DNA of 32,000 nt from Demequinaceae bacterium. Lineage in GTDB: Bacteria > Actinomycetota > Actinomycetes > Actinomycetales > Demequinaceae. The position numbers and the translations under genes were made by a program. The notes beneath the pieces were generated by a model. That model did no database searches, had not been told where the DNA came from, and saw nothing but the letters and a program-made list of their open reading frames with translations. Of the stretch, positions 8,566-19,218 are shown one piece after another. Every line of letters begins with the position of its first letter. Positions within the stretch are counted from its first letter, which is position 1. The DNA lies in the NCBI GenBank assembly GCA_965250005.1, contig OZ252279.1, forward strand, positions 660,001 to 692,000. Reading direction: 5' to 3'.

Positions 8566-10740
8566 CTAAGCCTTGATCTTCTTCTGCAACGGCCACCACG
8601 CCGCACGATCGAGGTCGTAGATCGCGCCAGGGACAAGCAACGTACGGACGACTAGCGTGTCGATGAGTACGCCGACTGCGACGATGAAAGCAAGCTGCAG
8701 CAAGAACAGGATGGGCACGAACGCGAGCGCGCTGAACGTCGCCGCGAGCACGACTCCCGCAGACGTAATAACGCCACCCGTGACCGCGAGCCCACGCCGC
8801 ACACCCTCGCGCGTTCCGCGTGTGAGCGACTCCTCACGTACTCGCGACATCAGGAAGATCGAGTAGTCGACCCCGAGCGCGACGAGGAACACAAACGAAA
8901 ACAGCGGGACTCCGGAGTCCGAGCCCGGGAAGTGGAACACGTGGTTGAAGAATACTGCCGAGACGCCGATCGTTGCAGCGAACGACAGCAGGTTGGCCGC
9001 CACGATAATGAGCGGCGCAACTACTGCACGTAGCAGGAAGATCAGCACCAGGAGGATGACCACGAGCACCGTCGGAATGATGATCGTGATGTCACGGTCG
9101 GTCGTCAGGTTGATGTCGAGGCCCGTTGCGGCGGATCCACCCACGAGCGCCGTGGGGTCAACCTGCTGTACCGCCGCGCGCACGAGGAGGACGATGTCCT
9201 TCGCCTCCTGCGTGCTTGCGGACACATTCGAAACGACGTCGATCGCGACGCGGCCATCAATGACGACGGGCGGCTCAGGAACGACTCCGCCTGGGGCGCC
9301 CTGAATCACCGCGGGCGTCAGCGCGTAACCCGCAGACACCCCGTCCACACCGACCGCAGCGGCGATGACGTCCTCGAACGTCGCCTCCGACGCGTCGATG
9401 GTAATTGGGTCGGTCTGACCCGCGTCGAAGTGCGCCTCGAGAATGTCGAATCCGGCGAGCGACTCGACCTCTCCTGTGAACGCGTCGTCGTCTCCGATTC
9501 CATCGGCATTGAACGTCGGCAGGAATGCGGCGAACGCCATGAGCCCGACGAACGCGGCAACCCATGTTCTGCGCGGGTGCGCTGCCACTGAGGCGGACAC
9601 GCGCCCCCAGACGCCCGCGTTGCGCTCGACCTCCACAAGGGAATCGACATGGTCAACGTCTTCGGGGTGGAATGTAGGCTTTTTCGGCCAGAAGATGCCG
9701 CGCGAACGCTTGCCTGCGATGAGCAGCAGGCCAGGAAGCAGCGTGGTCGCTGCAAGCACCGCGGAGACTATTCCGAGCGCGGCCACGGGTCCGAGTGACT
9801 GGTTCGAGGTGAGGTTCGAGAGCAACAGCGTCAGCAGCCCAAGAATGACCGTGACGGACGACGCGAGGATCGGTTCAAGCGAGCGCCTCCACGCTACGCG
9901 CATGGCCTCGTAGGTGCTGTCGTGCCGCCTCAGTTCCTCGCGGTAGCGCGCCACAAGAAGCAGGCCGTAGTCCGTCGTGGCGCCAACCACGAGGATCGAC
10001 ATGATGCCCTGGCTCTGGCCGTTGAGGGCAATCGCGCCAGAGTCGGCAAGGTAGTACACGACGAGCGCAGCGAGCCCCAGAGCGAACACAGCGGTCGAGA
10101 GCACTAGCAACGGCAGCCACGGGCTGCGGTAGACCAGCACCAGAATAATGAAAACGGCACTAAGCGCGAAGATCAGCAGGGTCGAGTCTATCCCGCTGAA
10201 CGCAGCGACCTGATCCACGAAAATCCCGATGGGACCGGTCAGGTAGGCGGGAGTTTCACTCTCCTGCTCTGCCCAAATCTCGCGCAGTGTCTCGCCCAGT
10301 ACGAATCCCAGGCGCGATTCTCCCGCACGCTCGAACACGAGGTCAAACGGGATCTCAAATACGGCGACGATCGCCTCGCCGTCGTGAGATGACGCGATGA
10401 AAGGCTCGCCCTCAACGAGGTCTCCTATGAGGCGGGCGTCTTCCTCGGAGACGGGCGAAGACAGCGCCTCAGCAACGAAGCTGTCGACCTCAGCCATCGC
10501 GGTGGCATCGATACCGCCGTCGAATACATAGATTGCCGGCAACGTGTCTGCACTCGTGAACTTCGACCTCTCGATTCCTGCGAGTGTCGACTCGGCTTGT
10601 GCCGGCAGGAACGACGAGGCGTCGTTCTCCTGCACCTCGGAGAGCTTGCCGTTATAGCTGCCGCCAACTCCTCCGACGGCGAGCCACACAATCAGCACCG
10701 GAATCAGGGCGGCCGGTCGGATCCAACTCGCAAGTTTCAT
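8566..10740 (-). CDS. MMPL/RND-superfamily membrane transporter
   Basis: MKLASWIRPAALIPVLIVWL...; two sets of TM helices flanking large extracytoplasmic loops; GxxxDYxxxLxxRxREE-type motifs (GATTDYGLLLVARYREELRR, ALGVDYSIFLMSRVREE). Start moved from 10815 to ATG 10740. Confidence 0.9.
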   Translation of the reverse strand: MKLASWIRPAALIPVLIVWLAVGGVGGSYNGKLSEVQENDASSFLPAQAESTLAGIERSKFTSADTLPAIYVFDGGIDATAMAEVDSFVAEALSSPVSEEDARLIGDLVEGEPFIASSHDGEAIVAVFEIPFDLVFERAGESRLGFVLGETLREIWAEQESETPAYLTGPIGIFVDQVAAFSGIDSTLLIFALSAVFIILVLVYRSPWLPLLVLSTAVFALGLAALVVYYLADSGAIALNGQSQGIMSILVVGATTDYGLLLVARYREELRRHDSTYEAMRVAWRRSLEPILASSVTVILGLLTLLLSNLTSNQSLGPVAALGIVSAVLAATTLLPGLLLIAGKRSRGIFWPKKPTFHPEDVDHVDSLVEVERNAGVWGRVSASVAAHPRRTWVAAFVGLMAFAAFLPTFNADGIGDDDAFTGEVESLAGFDILEAHFDAGQTDPITIDASEATFEDVIAAAVGVDGVSAGYALTPAVIQGAPGGVVPEPPVVIDGRVAIDVVSNVSASTQEAKDIVLLVRAAVQQVDPTALVGGSAATGLDINLTTDRDITIIIPTVLVVILLVLIFLLRAVVAPLIIVAANLLSFAATIGVSAVFFNHVFHFPGSDSGVPLFSFVFLVALGVDYSIFLMSRVREESLTRGTREGVRRGLAVTGGVITSAGVVLAATFSALAFVPILFLLQLAFIVAVGVLIDTLVVRTLLVPGAIYDLDRAAWWPLQKKIKA

Positions 10741-10801
10741 ACGCACATCTTCCACCAGAAGGGGGAACGTTTGCACACTACCGCCGGTTAGCCTTGAGGC
10801 A

Positions 10802-11500
10802 ATGGAAATACTCACACTCGGGCTGGGCGAGCGTCACGTGGATTATCGCGAGGCGTGGGAGTTTCAGCGCACCGTGCACGCGGAAGTCGCCGCGGGCACG
10901 CGCCCGGACACGCTCATCCTCGTGGAGCACCAGAGCGTCTACACCGCGGGCAAGCGCACGGCCACGCGCGACCGGCCCGCGGATGGCACGGCGGTCGTGG
11001 ACGTGGACCGCGGCGGGCGCATCACCTGGCACGGCCCGGGCCAACTTGTGGGCTACCCGATCATCAAGCTCGCCCACCCCATCGACGTCCTCAAGTACGT
11101 GCGCGCGCTCGAGCAGGCGACCATGGACCTCCTTGACACGTACGGCCTGAAAACCGTGCGCGTCGACGATCGCTCGGGGGTGTGGCTGCCGGCCAACGCC
11201 AACCAGCGCGAGCGCAAGGTGTGCGCGATCGGGGTGCGCGTGGCCAAGGGCGTGACCATGCACGGCTTCGCGCTCAACTGCAATCCAGACATGGATGAGT
11301 TCGGGCGGATAGTCCCGTGCGGCCTCGACGACGCCGACGTCGCTTCATTGAGCCACGAGTTGGGCCGCGATGTCGCGATAAGTGAGGTGACTGCGCCGCT
11401 CGTGGGATTCCTCGAAATCGCGCTGGCGGACATACGCTGGTCCACGTCAATACCCGACGGCGCTGCGCGATCCGCTGCGCCAGCAAAGGAGGGCGCGTGA
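10802..11500 (+). CDS. lipB: Octanoyl-[acyl-carrier-protein]-protein N-octanoyltransferase
   Basis: [44 protein letters not shown] motifs. Confidence 0.95.
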   Translation: MEILTLGLGERHVDYREAWEFQRTVHAEVAAGTRPDTLILVEHQSVYTAGKRTATRDRPADGTAVVDVDRGGRITWHGPGQLVGYPIIKLAHPIDVLKYVRALEQATMDLLDTYGLKTVRVDDRSGVWLPANANQRERKVCAIGVRVAKGVTMHGFALNCNPDMDEFGRIVPCGLDDADVASLSHELGRDVAISEVTAPLVGFLEIALADIRWSTSIPDGAARSAAPAKEGA

Positions 11501-12507
11501 CCATCGCACCCGAGGGCCGCAAGATGCTACGCGTCGAGGCCCGCAACGCTGAGACACCCATTGAACGCAAGCCAGAGTGGATCCGTACCACCGCGACCAT
11601 GGGTCCGGCGTATAGAGAGCTCAAGGGTTTGGTGAAGACCGGCGGCCTGCACACGGTTTGCGAAGAGGCTAGCTGCCCCAACATCTTCGAGTGCTGGGAA
11701 GACCGCGAGGCCACATTCCTCATTGGTGGTTCTCAGTGCACCCGGCGCTGCGACTTCTGCCAAATCGACACCGGCAAGCCGGACCCCCTGGACCGCGACG
11801 AGCCTCGCCGTGTCGCGGAGTCCGTCAAGGACATGGGGCTCAAGTACTCGACCGTCACGGGCGTGGCTCGCGACGATCTGCCGGATGGCGGCGCGTGGCT
11901 CTATGCAGAGACCGTTCGCCAAATACACGCACTCAACCCCGGCACCGGCGTCGAGTTGTTGATTCCCGATTTCAACGCTGAGCCCGGCCAACTGGCCGAG
12001 GTCTTTTCCTCGCGCCCGGAGGTTCTCGCCCACAACCTCGAAACCGTGCCGCGCGTGTTCAAGCGCATCCGCCCCGCGTTCACGTACGAGCGATCGCTGT
12101 CAGTCATCACCGCAGCGTCCAAGGACGGCTTCGTCACCAAGTCCAACCTCATCCTGGGCATGGGCGAAACGTTCGACGAGTGCATCGAGGCTCTCCGCGC
12201 GCTGCGCGAGGCAGGCACGGATCTCGTCACGATCACCCAGTATCTGCGCCCGAGCGAGCGCCACCACCCAGTGGACCGCTGGGTTCGTCCGGAGGAGTTC
12301 GTCGAGCTCTCCGACGCCGCAGAGGAGATGGGCTTCCTTGGAGTCATGTCCGGACCGCTGGTGCGCTCGTCGTACCGCGCTGGCCGCCTGTGGGGCCAGG
12401 CGATGAAGAGCAAGGGACGCGAGATTCCCAAGGCCCTGTCCCACCTGGGCGAACCGATGACGGCGCGCCAGGAAGCGTCGTCGCTGTTGCTCACGAAACG
12501 CGACTGA
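11497..12507 (+). CDS. lipA: Lipoyl synthase (radical SAM)
   Basis: [13 protein letters not shown] and CTRRCDFC cysteine motifs; GTGA 4-bp overlap with lipB. Confidence 0.96.
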   Translation: MTIAPEGRKMLRVEARNAETPIERKPEWIRTTATMGPAYRELKGLVKTGGLHTVCEEASCPNIFECWEDREATFLIGGSQCTRRCDFCQIDTGKPDPLDRDEPRRVAESVKDMGLKYSTVTGVARDDLPDGGAWLYAETVRQIHALNPGTGVELLIPDFNAEPGQLAEVFSSRPEVLAHNLETVPRVFKRIRPAFTYERSLSVITAASKDGFVTKSNLILGMGETFDECIEALRALREAGTDLVTITQYLRPSERHHPVDRWVRPEEFVELSDAAEEMGFLGVMSGPLVRSSYRAGRLWGQAMKSKGREIPKALSHLGEPMTARQEASSLLLTKRD

Positions 12508-12533
12508 CATCTAGCGCTGGATACACTGAACCC

Positions 12534-13226
12534 ATGGCCAAAGAACAAGCACCCAAGCCCAAGTGGTACGCCGCGATTTTTCAGGCATTCAAGTTCGTGC
12601 GCGAGCACGACAAGAAGTTCCTGCCGATCTTCATCGTCCTCGTCGTCCTGATTCTGGGCGGTGGAGTTACCGTCGGATTCCTGATCGGAACCACGGTGGG
12701 TCACATCTACGCGAATATTTCGGGCGTGCTACTCACGCTATTGGGAACGCTGATCCTGCTCACTGCCCGCGTCGACAAGGCTGCGTTCAACCGGTTTGAG
12801 CACATGCCTGGCGGATCACTCGCGGCGCTTCAGATGATCCGGCGCGGCTGGAAGTTCGAGGACGAGCCCTTCGCGGTCGACGGCCGGGGCAAGGCCATCG
12901 TGTTCATGGGCGTGGGCAAGGGCGGAATCGTCCTCGTCGCCGAGGGTGGAAATGCCGCGCACAAAACGGTCGTCACCACGCGCAAGCGAATCTCAAAGGC
13001 CGTTCCCAGCGTGCCGATACACGAGATCTACATGGGCGACGGGGACAACCAAGTGGGCATCCGCAAGCTCGGCAAAACTGTGAAGCGCCTCAAGCGAGTC
13101 CTGAGCCGCAAAGAGCGCGCGGTCGTTGAGGCGCGTCTCCACGCACTTGGAGGCGCCCGCCTGCCGGTGCCCAAGGGCATCGACCCCATGCGTGCCCGCC
13201 CCAACCGCAAGGCAATGCGCGGCTAG
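12534..13226 (+). CDS. DUF4191-type membrane protein
   Basis: MAKEQAPKPKWYAAIFQAFKFVREHDKKFLP...; typical location downstream of lipA. Start corrected from 12180; TACACT-gaaccc-ATG leaderless-type start. Confidence 0.85.
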   Translation: MAKEQAPKPKWYAAIFQAFKFVREHDKKFLPIFIVLVVLILGGGVTVGFLIGTTVGHIYANISGVLLTLLGTLILLTARVDKAAFNRFEHMPGGSLAALQMIRRGWKFEDEPFAVDGRGKAIVFMGVGKGGIVLVAEGGNAAHKTVVTTRKRISKAVPSVPIHEIYMGDGDNQVGIRKLGKTVKRLKRVLSRKERAVVEARLHALGGARLPVPKGIDPMRARPNRKAMRG

Positions 13227-13588
13227 ATTCGCCCGATGCGCGTCCCCACCGCGAGGTCGTGCAGGCCTCGGCCCTGTCCGTCCCACACCACCGCCGGGAT
13301 CACGAGGCAGAGCAGCACAGTGCGACCAAGGCCACGGGGAACGCCCACGTAGGGCGTTCCGTCGTCCCGGGTGACGCGCAGTCCAAAGATCTTGTGACCG
13401 AGCGTTGATCCCATGGTCGACACCAGCAACACGTTCTCCGCTGCGAAGATGCCGAGCGTCGCCATGGGGTCCCCACCGAAGAACGCGGACGAGATCGCTA
13501 GCGATGCGAGCCAGTCGACAAAAATGGCGCCGACGCGCCTGCCGAGGTGAGACGACGGGCGGGCGGACTCCGAGGAAGGCGTGTTCAT
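13223..13588 (-). CDS. RDD family membrane protein
   Basis: LGRRVGAIFVDWLASLAIS...STLGHKIFGLRVTRDDG...; stop codons overlap the convergent DUF4191 gene at CTAG. Confidence 0.88.
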   Translation of the reverse strand: MNTPSSESARPSSHLGRRVGAIFVDWLASLAISSAFFGGDPMATLGIFAAENVLLVSTMGSTLGHKIFGLRVTRDDGTPYVGVPRGLGRTVLLCLVIPAVVWDGQGRGLHDLAVGTRIGRI

Positions 13589-13626
13589 GCCGCAATCGTA
13601 GTGCCGTGTGGCTCATGTGATTTGCC

Positions 13627-13664
13627 GTAATATGCCCGAAACATTGCGAATATGCATGAGTAAC
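13627..13664 (+). promoter_or_regulatory. Putative GlnR operator of glnA (four half-sites)
   Basis: GTAAT-atgccc-GAAAC-attgcg-AATAT-gcatga-GTAAC, N6 spacing maintained three times; followed by TACATT (13675-13680) as candidate -10. Confidence 0.6.
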
Positions 13665-13727
13665 GGCGAACCTCTACATTAGGAGTGCCGGAATCAGGCA
13701 CCCATCTTCACATCAAGGAGCACACTG

Positions 13728-15161
13728 ATGTTCAAAGACGCCGCCGAGGCGATCGCCTACGTCAAGAAGGAGAATGTCGAGTACATCGACATCCGCTTCT
13801 GCGACCTCCCGGGCTCGATGCACCACTTCAACATTCCCGCCGCGCAATTCACCGACGACGTCTTCACCGACGGCCAGATGTTCGACGGATCTTCGATCCG
13901 CGGATTCCAGGCCATCAACGAGTCCGACATGAAGCTGCTACCGGATGTTGCTACTGCGTTCATCGACCCCTTCCGCAAGGCAAAAACCCTTGCAATGAAC
14001 TTCTCGATCGTCGACCCCTTCACGGGCGAGCGCTACTCGCGCGACCCGCGCAACATTGCGGCCAAGGCTTCGGAGTACCTGAAGTCCACCGGGATCGGCG
14101 ACACGGCGTTCTTCGCACCGGAGGCGGAGTTCTTCATCTTCGACTCCGTGCGCTTTGACACCAACGAGCACGAGTCGTACCACCACATCGAGTCCTCTGA
14201 GGGTTGGTGGAACACCGGCAAGGAAAACGAGCAGGACGGTACCCCCAACCGCGGATACAAGACGCGCTACAAGGGTGGCTACTTTCCCGTCTCTCCCGGC
14301 GACCAGTTCGCCGACATCCGCGACGAGATGTGCACCGTACTCGCCGAGGTTGGCCTGTCTGTTGAGCGCGCGCACCACGAGGTGGGCACCGCCGGCCAGC
14401 AGGAGATCAATTACCGCTTCAACGAGCTGCTTCACGCAGGCGACGACCTGATGAAGTTCAAGTACGTCGTCAAGAACGTCGCATGGCGCAACGGCAAGAC
14501 CGCGACCTTCATGCCGAAGCCGCTCTTCAACGACAACGGCTCGGGCATGCACGTCCACCAGTCGCTGTGGGCCGATGGCAAGCCGCTCTTCTTTGACGAG
14601 AAGGGCTACGGCGGACTGTCCGACATGGCGCGCTGGTACATCGGCGGAATCCTCAAGCACGCTCCGTCGCTGCTCGCCTTCACCAACCCGTCGGTGAACT
14701 CGTACCATCGCTTGGTGCCTGGATTCGAGGCCCCAGTCAATCTGGTCTACTCGGCCCGTAACCGCTCGGCTTCGATCCGCGTTCCAATCACAGGATCGAA
14801 CCCCAAGGCCAAGCGCATCGAGTTCCGGGCCCCGGACCCCTCGTCCAACCCATACCTCGCGTTCGCGGCTCTCCTGATGGCGGGCATCGACGGCATCAAG
14901 AACAAGATTGAGCCGCCGGCACCCATCGACAAGGACCTCTACGAGCTACCGCCCGAGGAGCACGCCACCATCGCTCAGGTACCGTCGTCGCTTCCCGAGG
15001 TGCTTGACAACCTCGAGACCGATCACGACTTCCTCACCGAGGGAGACGTATTCACGGCTGACCTCATCGAAGAGTGGATCGACTACAAGCGCACCAACGA
15101 GATTGACCCGCTGCGCTTCCGTCCCCACCCGCACGAGTTCGAGCTCTACTACGACTGCTAA
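13728..15161 (+). CDS. glnA: Glutamine synthetase type I (GSI-beta, adenylylatable)
   Basis: [45 protein letters not shown]; adenylylation-site region [11 protein letters not shown] (Tyr at 14940-14942). Confidence 0.97.
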   Translation: MFKDAAEAIAYVKKENVEYIDIRFCDLPGSMHHFNIPAAQFTDDVFTDGQMFDGSSIRGFQAINESDMKLLPDVATAFIDPFRKAKTLAMNFSIVDPFTGERYSRDPRNIAAKASEYLKSTGIGDTAFFAPEAEFFIFDSVRFDTNEHESYHHIESSEGWWNTGKENEQDGTPNRGYKTRYKGGYFPVSPGDQFADIRDEMCTVLAEVGLSVERAHHEVGTAGQQEINYRFNELLHAGDDLMKFKYVVKNVAWRNGKTATFMPKPLFNDNGSGMHVHQSLWADGKPLFFDEKGYGGLSDMARWYIGGILKHAPSLLAFTNPSVNSYHRLVPGFEAPVNLVYSARNRSASIRVPITGSNPKAKRIEFRAPDPSSNPYLAFAALLMAGIDGIKNKIEPPAPIDKDLYELPPEEHATIAQVPSSLPEVLDNLETDHDFLTEGDVFTADLIEEWIDYKRTNEIDPLRFRPHPHEFELYYDC

Positions 15162-15179
15162 ACCGTAGTTGGCTCACTG

Positions 15180-15213
15180 ACGGTGGGGTCGCCCTTGCGG
15201 GTGGCCCCACCGT
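15180..15213. terminator. Rho-independent terminator of glnA
   Basis: acggtggggtcgccc-ttgc-gggtggccccaccgt, about 15-bp stem with two non-Watson-Crick positions, followed by TTTCTCGTT. Confidence 0.85.
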
Positions 15214-15261
15214 TTCTCGTTGTGCTTCGAGATTGGCGCCAAGAACTCCCGGCGCACTCCC

Positions 15262-16191
15262 CTAGCGCACGTGCGCTGCGGGGGCCGGCTGCTCGTCGTG
15301 GTCTCTCCTCGAGGATTTCTTGCGCGACAAGGCCTTGACCAGGAAGTACAGTGCGAGCGACGCCACGAACGAGCCGATCCCAAACTGCAGGATGCGGACC
15401 GCGACGCCGTCAATGGTTTCCTGCGGAATGAAATCGACGATCGCGCTGCCGATGGTCCCATCCGCACCACCGCCAGGAATGAACGCGGCAAGCCTCTCCA
15501 CGTTGATGGTCGCCACCAGGAGCCACGCCATCGTCGAGGCGATGCCGAGGCCCAAGAGGAACTTGGGTAGGATCCAGCGCTTGTTGGGCGACACCAGTAT
15601 CCCGAACAAGATCAGACCGAGTCCGATCCAGCCCGCGACCTTCGCGATGCCAGCGATCCACGAGTAGACGTCTCGCACGCGCTCAAAGCTCGAGGCGTCG
15701 AGCACCTGGACAGCGATGGGGGGGACCACAAGATCGTCGGGCACCAGCGCGCCGAGCACCGGCTGGTCCTGCAGCTCTTCGCCAAGGATGGAGCTGAGGT
15801 CCAGGTTGACTGAGAGCGGGGCCGGAGCGCGGTCCTCGCCGGTGAGCTGGTCCGTAAAGTCCGCGTGCGCGGCCCCAACCGCGTCGGCGATTCCGTTCTG
15901 GAAGCTGTCTGACCCAATGAATGACGAGATCACGTCGTCGACAGTGCCATCGAGCCCAATTGCGCTCAGGTCTAATCCCTCGCCCTCCAGGGAATCGCCC
16001 ACAAGCTCTTGCGCCGCCTCGGTCACCAGATTTGTCACCGCCGGGTTGTTCAGCGCGCTACTCGCGAGGTTGGTCACTACCGAGCCATCCTCGATGGTCT
16101 TCACGGCGAAGAACGCCAACGCCCACACGATCAAAGCGATGACACCAAACAGAATGCTGACCGTCGCTATCAGTTTCCTCAAGTGCTTCAC
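15262..16191 (-). CDS. Membrane protein, unknown function
   Basis: 309 aa, GTG start; 4-bp GTGA overlap with the end of glnE; N-terminal TM, extracytoplasmic domain, C-terminal TM cluster. Confidence 0.8.
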   Translation of the reverse strand: MKHLRKLIATVSILFGVIALIVWALAFFAVKTIEDGSVVTNLASSALNNPAVTNLVTEAAQELVGDSLEGEGLDLSAIGLDGTVDDVISSFIGSDSFQNGIADAVGAAHADFTDQLTGEDRAPAPLSVNLDLSSILGEELQDQPVLGALVPDDLVVPPIAVQVLDASSFERVRDVYSWIAGIAKVAGWIGLGLILFGILVSPNKRWILPKFLLGLGIASTMAWLLVATINVERLAAFIPGGGADGTIGSAIVDFIPQETIDGVAVRILQFGIGSFVASLALYFLVKALSRKKSSRRDHDEQPAPAAHVR

Positions 16192-19100
16192 TGTGCTTCC
16201 TCCCAGCCGTAGAACAATCTCTCAGTAACGCTACGCGCTCGGCGGGTTGCCCGCGCGTAATGCTCGTCCAACTCAGCGCCGGTTGCGCCCTCGCCCATGA
16301 TCCCGGCCAGTACGCGCAGCTCCCGCGCGTCGATTGGCACCACGTCCGTCTTGCTCGCCTGATACCCGCGCAGCGCCATCGCGCCCCGCAGTTGCGTCGC
16401 CGCCCGCCAAGCGGTCGCGAGAATCTCCGCGTCCTCCGCGGACACCAGTTTGGCGGCAACCGCAGCGTCGAGCGCCGGAAGCGTGAGCGGCGTGCGCAGC
16501 CCGTCGACGTCGCGCCCGTGCCGTAGTTGAATCAGCTGGACGGTCCACTCGACGTCGGCGAGACCGCCTGGACCCATCTTGACGTGCCTGCGTGGGTCGA
16601 CGGCGCGCGGAAGGCGTTCGGCCTCCATCCGCGCCTTGAGCGTACGCATTTGCTTGAGTGCGGCATCGGTCACTTCGGCGGGATAGCGGATGGGGTCGAT
16701 CATGGCGATGAACTTCTCGCCCAGCCCAACGTCGCCGGCGGCGGCGCGAGCGCGCAGTAACGCCTGCGCCTCCCACGGATCAGACCAGCGGCCGTAGTAC
16801 TCCGCATACGAGTCGAGCGTGCGCGCCAGGGCGCCGGTCTTTCCTTCAGGGCGCAGACCCGCATCCACCTCAAGAGCGGGCTGCGGGCCGCCGCTCTTGA
16901 GAAGCGTCCTGATCTTCCCCGCTACCTGTTGCGCGAGCTTGTCAGCCTCGACGGCGTCCGCTCCATTGTGGGGCTCGAATACAAACATCGCGTCCGCGTC
17001 CGACGGATACCCCATCTCCATGCCGCCGTAGCGACCCATCGCGATGACGGCCATCTCGAACGGCACCTTCGGAAGCTTCGCCGCCGCGGCGACCTCTGCG
17101 ACCGCCACACGCAGCGCGCCACCGATCACCACGTCAGCCACGTGCGTCACCGTTGCCGCAGCCTCGATGGAGTCGATAATGCCGAGCACGTCGGCAGCGG
17201 CCGCGCGCACCAACTCTCGGCGGCGCAGGCCTCTCAGTGCTGTGATGCACTGCTTGGCGTTCTCCGAGCGGGTGAGGATGGCTTCTGCCTCGCCTGCGAG
17301 CCTGTCGTGTTCGCGCGGGACGAGGTGAGCGTCGTCGTCGAGCCACGTGATGTCCTCAGCCGAGGCGAGCAAGGCGCGCGTGACGTACGCAGACGTCGAC
17401 AGTAGGCGCGCGAGTCGCTCGGCTGCGTGCCGCGAGTCGCGGAGCAACTTGAGATACCAGTCCGCGTCCTTGAGTTGGTCAGAGAGAGTCCGGAAGGCCA
17501 ACAAGCCCGCGTCAGGGTCTGCGCCCTCGGAAAACCACCCGATCATCGCGGGCAGGAGTTGTCGCTGGATCGCTGCCCGGCGCGACATCCCGTCCGTTAC
17601 CGCTGCTATGTGGCGCTGCGCCGCCTCGGGATCGCCAAAGCCAACCGCCGCCAAGCGGGCGCGCGCGGCAGCCGGGTCGAGCGACGCCTCGTCAGCACTG
17701 AGACCAGCAACCATGGGCAGCAGTGGGCGGTAGAACATGTCGAGGTGCATCGACCTGACGTCGCGGCGGATCTCCGTCCAGTGCGTCCGGAGTTCCTCGA
17801 CGTTGTTGAGTCTGGACGCGCGGGCGAGCCGCCGCATGTCCTCGTCCGAGGTCGGCATGAGGTGCGTGCGCTTCATCTTGTGCAGCTGGAGCCGGTGCTC
17901 GAACACACGAAGCTGGCGGTACGCCTCCGCAAGGCGAGCGGCCTGGACGCGGCCAACGTAGCCGCCGGCGCGCAACGCCTCGAGCGCGGCGAGCGTCTGT
18001 GCCACCTGCAAGGTCTTGTCCGCGCGGCCGTGGACAAGCTGGAGCAGCTGCACCGTGAACTCGACGTCGCGCAGCCCGCCGTGGCCCAGCTTGATTTGCC
18101 GATCAGCCTCAGCGCCGGGAACGTTTTCCTCCACCCGCCGGCGCATCGCCTGAGCATCCTGCACGAAGTTCTCGCGCGTAGACGCTTCCCACACCATTGG
18201 GGCTAGCGCGCGGATGTACGCGCGGCCCACGTCGAGGTCGCCCGCCGCGGGCCGTGCCTTGAGTAGCGCCTGAAACTCCCAGGTGCTGGCCCACCGTTCG
18301 TAGTAAGCGTGGTGCGCGGCGACGTTTCGAACCAGTTGCCCGTCGCGCCCCTCGGGACGAAGGTTGGCATCGACCTCCCACAGTGCCTGCTCCGCCGATG
18401 CCTCGTCGCACGCGCGGGCCGCATAGTTCGCGAGCGTGGTCGCGATCCGGATCGCATCCTCGTCCGAGGCATTCTCCCCCGGCTCAGCCACGTAAATGAC
18501 GTCGACGTCAGAGATGTAGTTGAGCTCGCGCGCGCCCGTCTTGCCCATGGCGATGATGCACAGCCGAGCCTTCGCGTGATCAGGTTCCTCCGCACGGGCG
18601 AGCGCCAGGCCCGCCTCGAGCGCAGCGTCCGCGGCATTGGCGAGCGCCTCCCCGACCGCGGGCATGATCGCCGTCGGGTCGGCCGCGCCAAGGTCCTCCC
18701 CCGCGATCTCGACTAGTTGCCTGCGATAGGCAATGCGCATCGCGTTGATACCGTCCGCGCCCGTGACGGTAGCCACCGGGGCATCGTCGGCCGCAGCCGC
18801 GCCAACGGCGGTCAGCAGGAGTTCGCGCACCTCAGCCTTCGACGCGTTGATGCCGCCCTTGCCGTCCGCGAGGTCACTGACGTATTCGGGGTGGCGAACC
18901 AGAAAATCGCCCAGGGCGACCGAACCGCCTAGCAGCGCGCCCAGGGTCGCCTCGGCGTCGGTTCCGTTGAGCGCGACGAGTGCGGGCAGCTGCTTTGAGT
19001 CGCGCGCGGCCTCGGCGAGGCGCAATAACTGCAACACGGCCAGATCCGGGTCAGCAAGGGGCGTAAGGGTTGTGGCCGCGTTCTCCAGCGTGGCCCCCGT

Positions 19101-19199
19101 GATCTGGGCGATCTGGGTGAGGTGGTCAGTCACCCGAGCCGGATCGGCAACTCCCGCCTTGCGTAGTAGCGAGGCGGCGGATGCCTGCCGGGACGTCAT
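16188..19199 (-). CDS. glnE: Bifunctional [glutamine synthetase] adenylyltransferase/deadenylylase
   Basis: 1003 aa with duplicated nucleotidyltransferase halves: GHGGLRDVEFTVQLLQL and MGPGGLADVEWTVQLIQL. Confidence 0.95.
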   Translation of the reverse strand: MTSRQASAASLLRKAGVADPARVTDHLTQIAQITGATLENAATTLTPLADPDLAVLQLLRLAEAARDSKQLPALVALNGTDAEATLGALLGGSVALGDFLVRHPEYVSDLADGKGGINASKAEVRELLLTAVGAAAADDAPVATVTGADGINAMRIAYRRQLVEIAGEDLGAADPTAIMPAVGEALANAADAALEAGLALARAEEPDHAKARLCIIAMGKTGARELNYISDVDVIYVAEPGENASDEDAIRIATTLANYAARACDEASAEQALWEVDANLRPEGRDGQLVRNVAAHHAYYERWASTWEFQALLKARPAAGDLDVGRAYIRALAPMVWEASTRENFVQDAQAMRRRVEENVPGAEADRQIKLGHGGLRDVEFTVQLLQLVHGRADKTLQVAQTLAALEALRAGGYVGRVQAARLAEAYRQLRVFEHRLQLHKMKRTHLMPTSDEDMRRLARASRLNNVEELRTHWTEIRRDVRSMHLDMFYRPLLPMVAGLSADEASLDPAAARARLAAVGFGDPEAAQRHIAAVTDGMSRRAAIQRQLLPAMIGWFSEGADPDAGLLAFRTLSDQLKDADWYLKLLRDSRHAAERLARLLSTSAYVTRALLASAEDITWLDDDAHLVPREHDRLAGEAEAILTRSENAKQCITALRGLRRRELVRAAAADVLGIIDSIEAAATVTHVADVVIGGALRVAVAEVAAAAKLPKVPFEMAVIAMGRYGGMEMGYPSDADAMFVFEPHNGADAVEADKLAQQVAGKIRTLLKSGGPQPALEVDAGLRPEGKTGALARTLDSYAEYYGRWSDPWEAQALLRARAAAGDVGLGEKFIAMIDPIRYPAEVTDAALKQMRTLKARMEAERLPRAVDPRRHVKMGPGGLADVEWTVQLIQLRHGRDVDGLRTPLTLPALDAAVAAKLVSAEDAEILATAWRAATQLRGAMALRGYQASKTDVVPIDARELRVLAGIMGEGATGAELDEHYARATRRARSVTERLFYGWEEAQ

Positions 19200-19218
19200 G
19201 GGATCGCTTCCGTTGGCG

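Noticed and set aside
12993-13616. 207-aa minus ORF spanning DUF4191 and RDD genes (likewise 11901..12704 and 13938..14708)
   Set aside because: Shadow ORFs opposite or overlapping conserved genes in an incompatible frame.
16188-19199. Repeated domain within GlnE as a novel duplication
   Set aside because: The adenylyltransferase/deadenylylase duplication is the normal architecture of GlnE.
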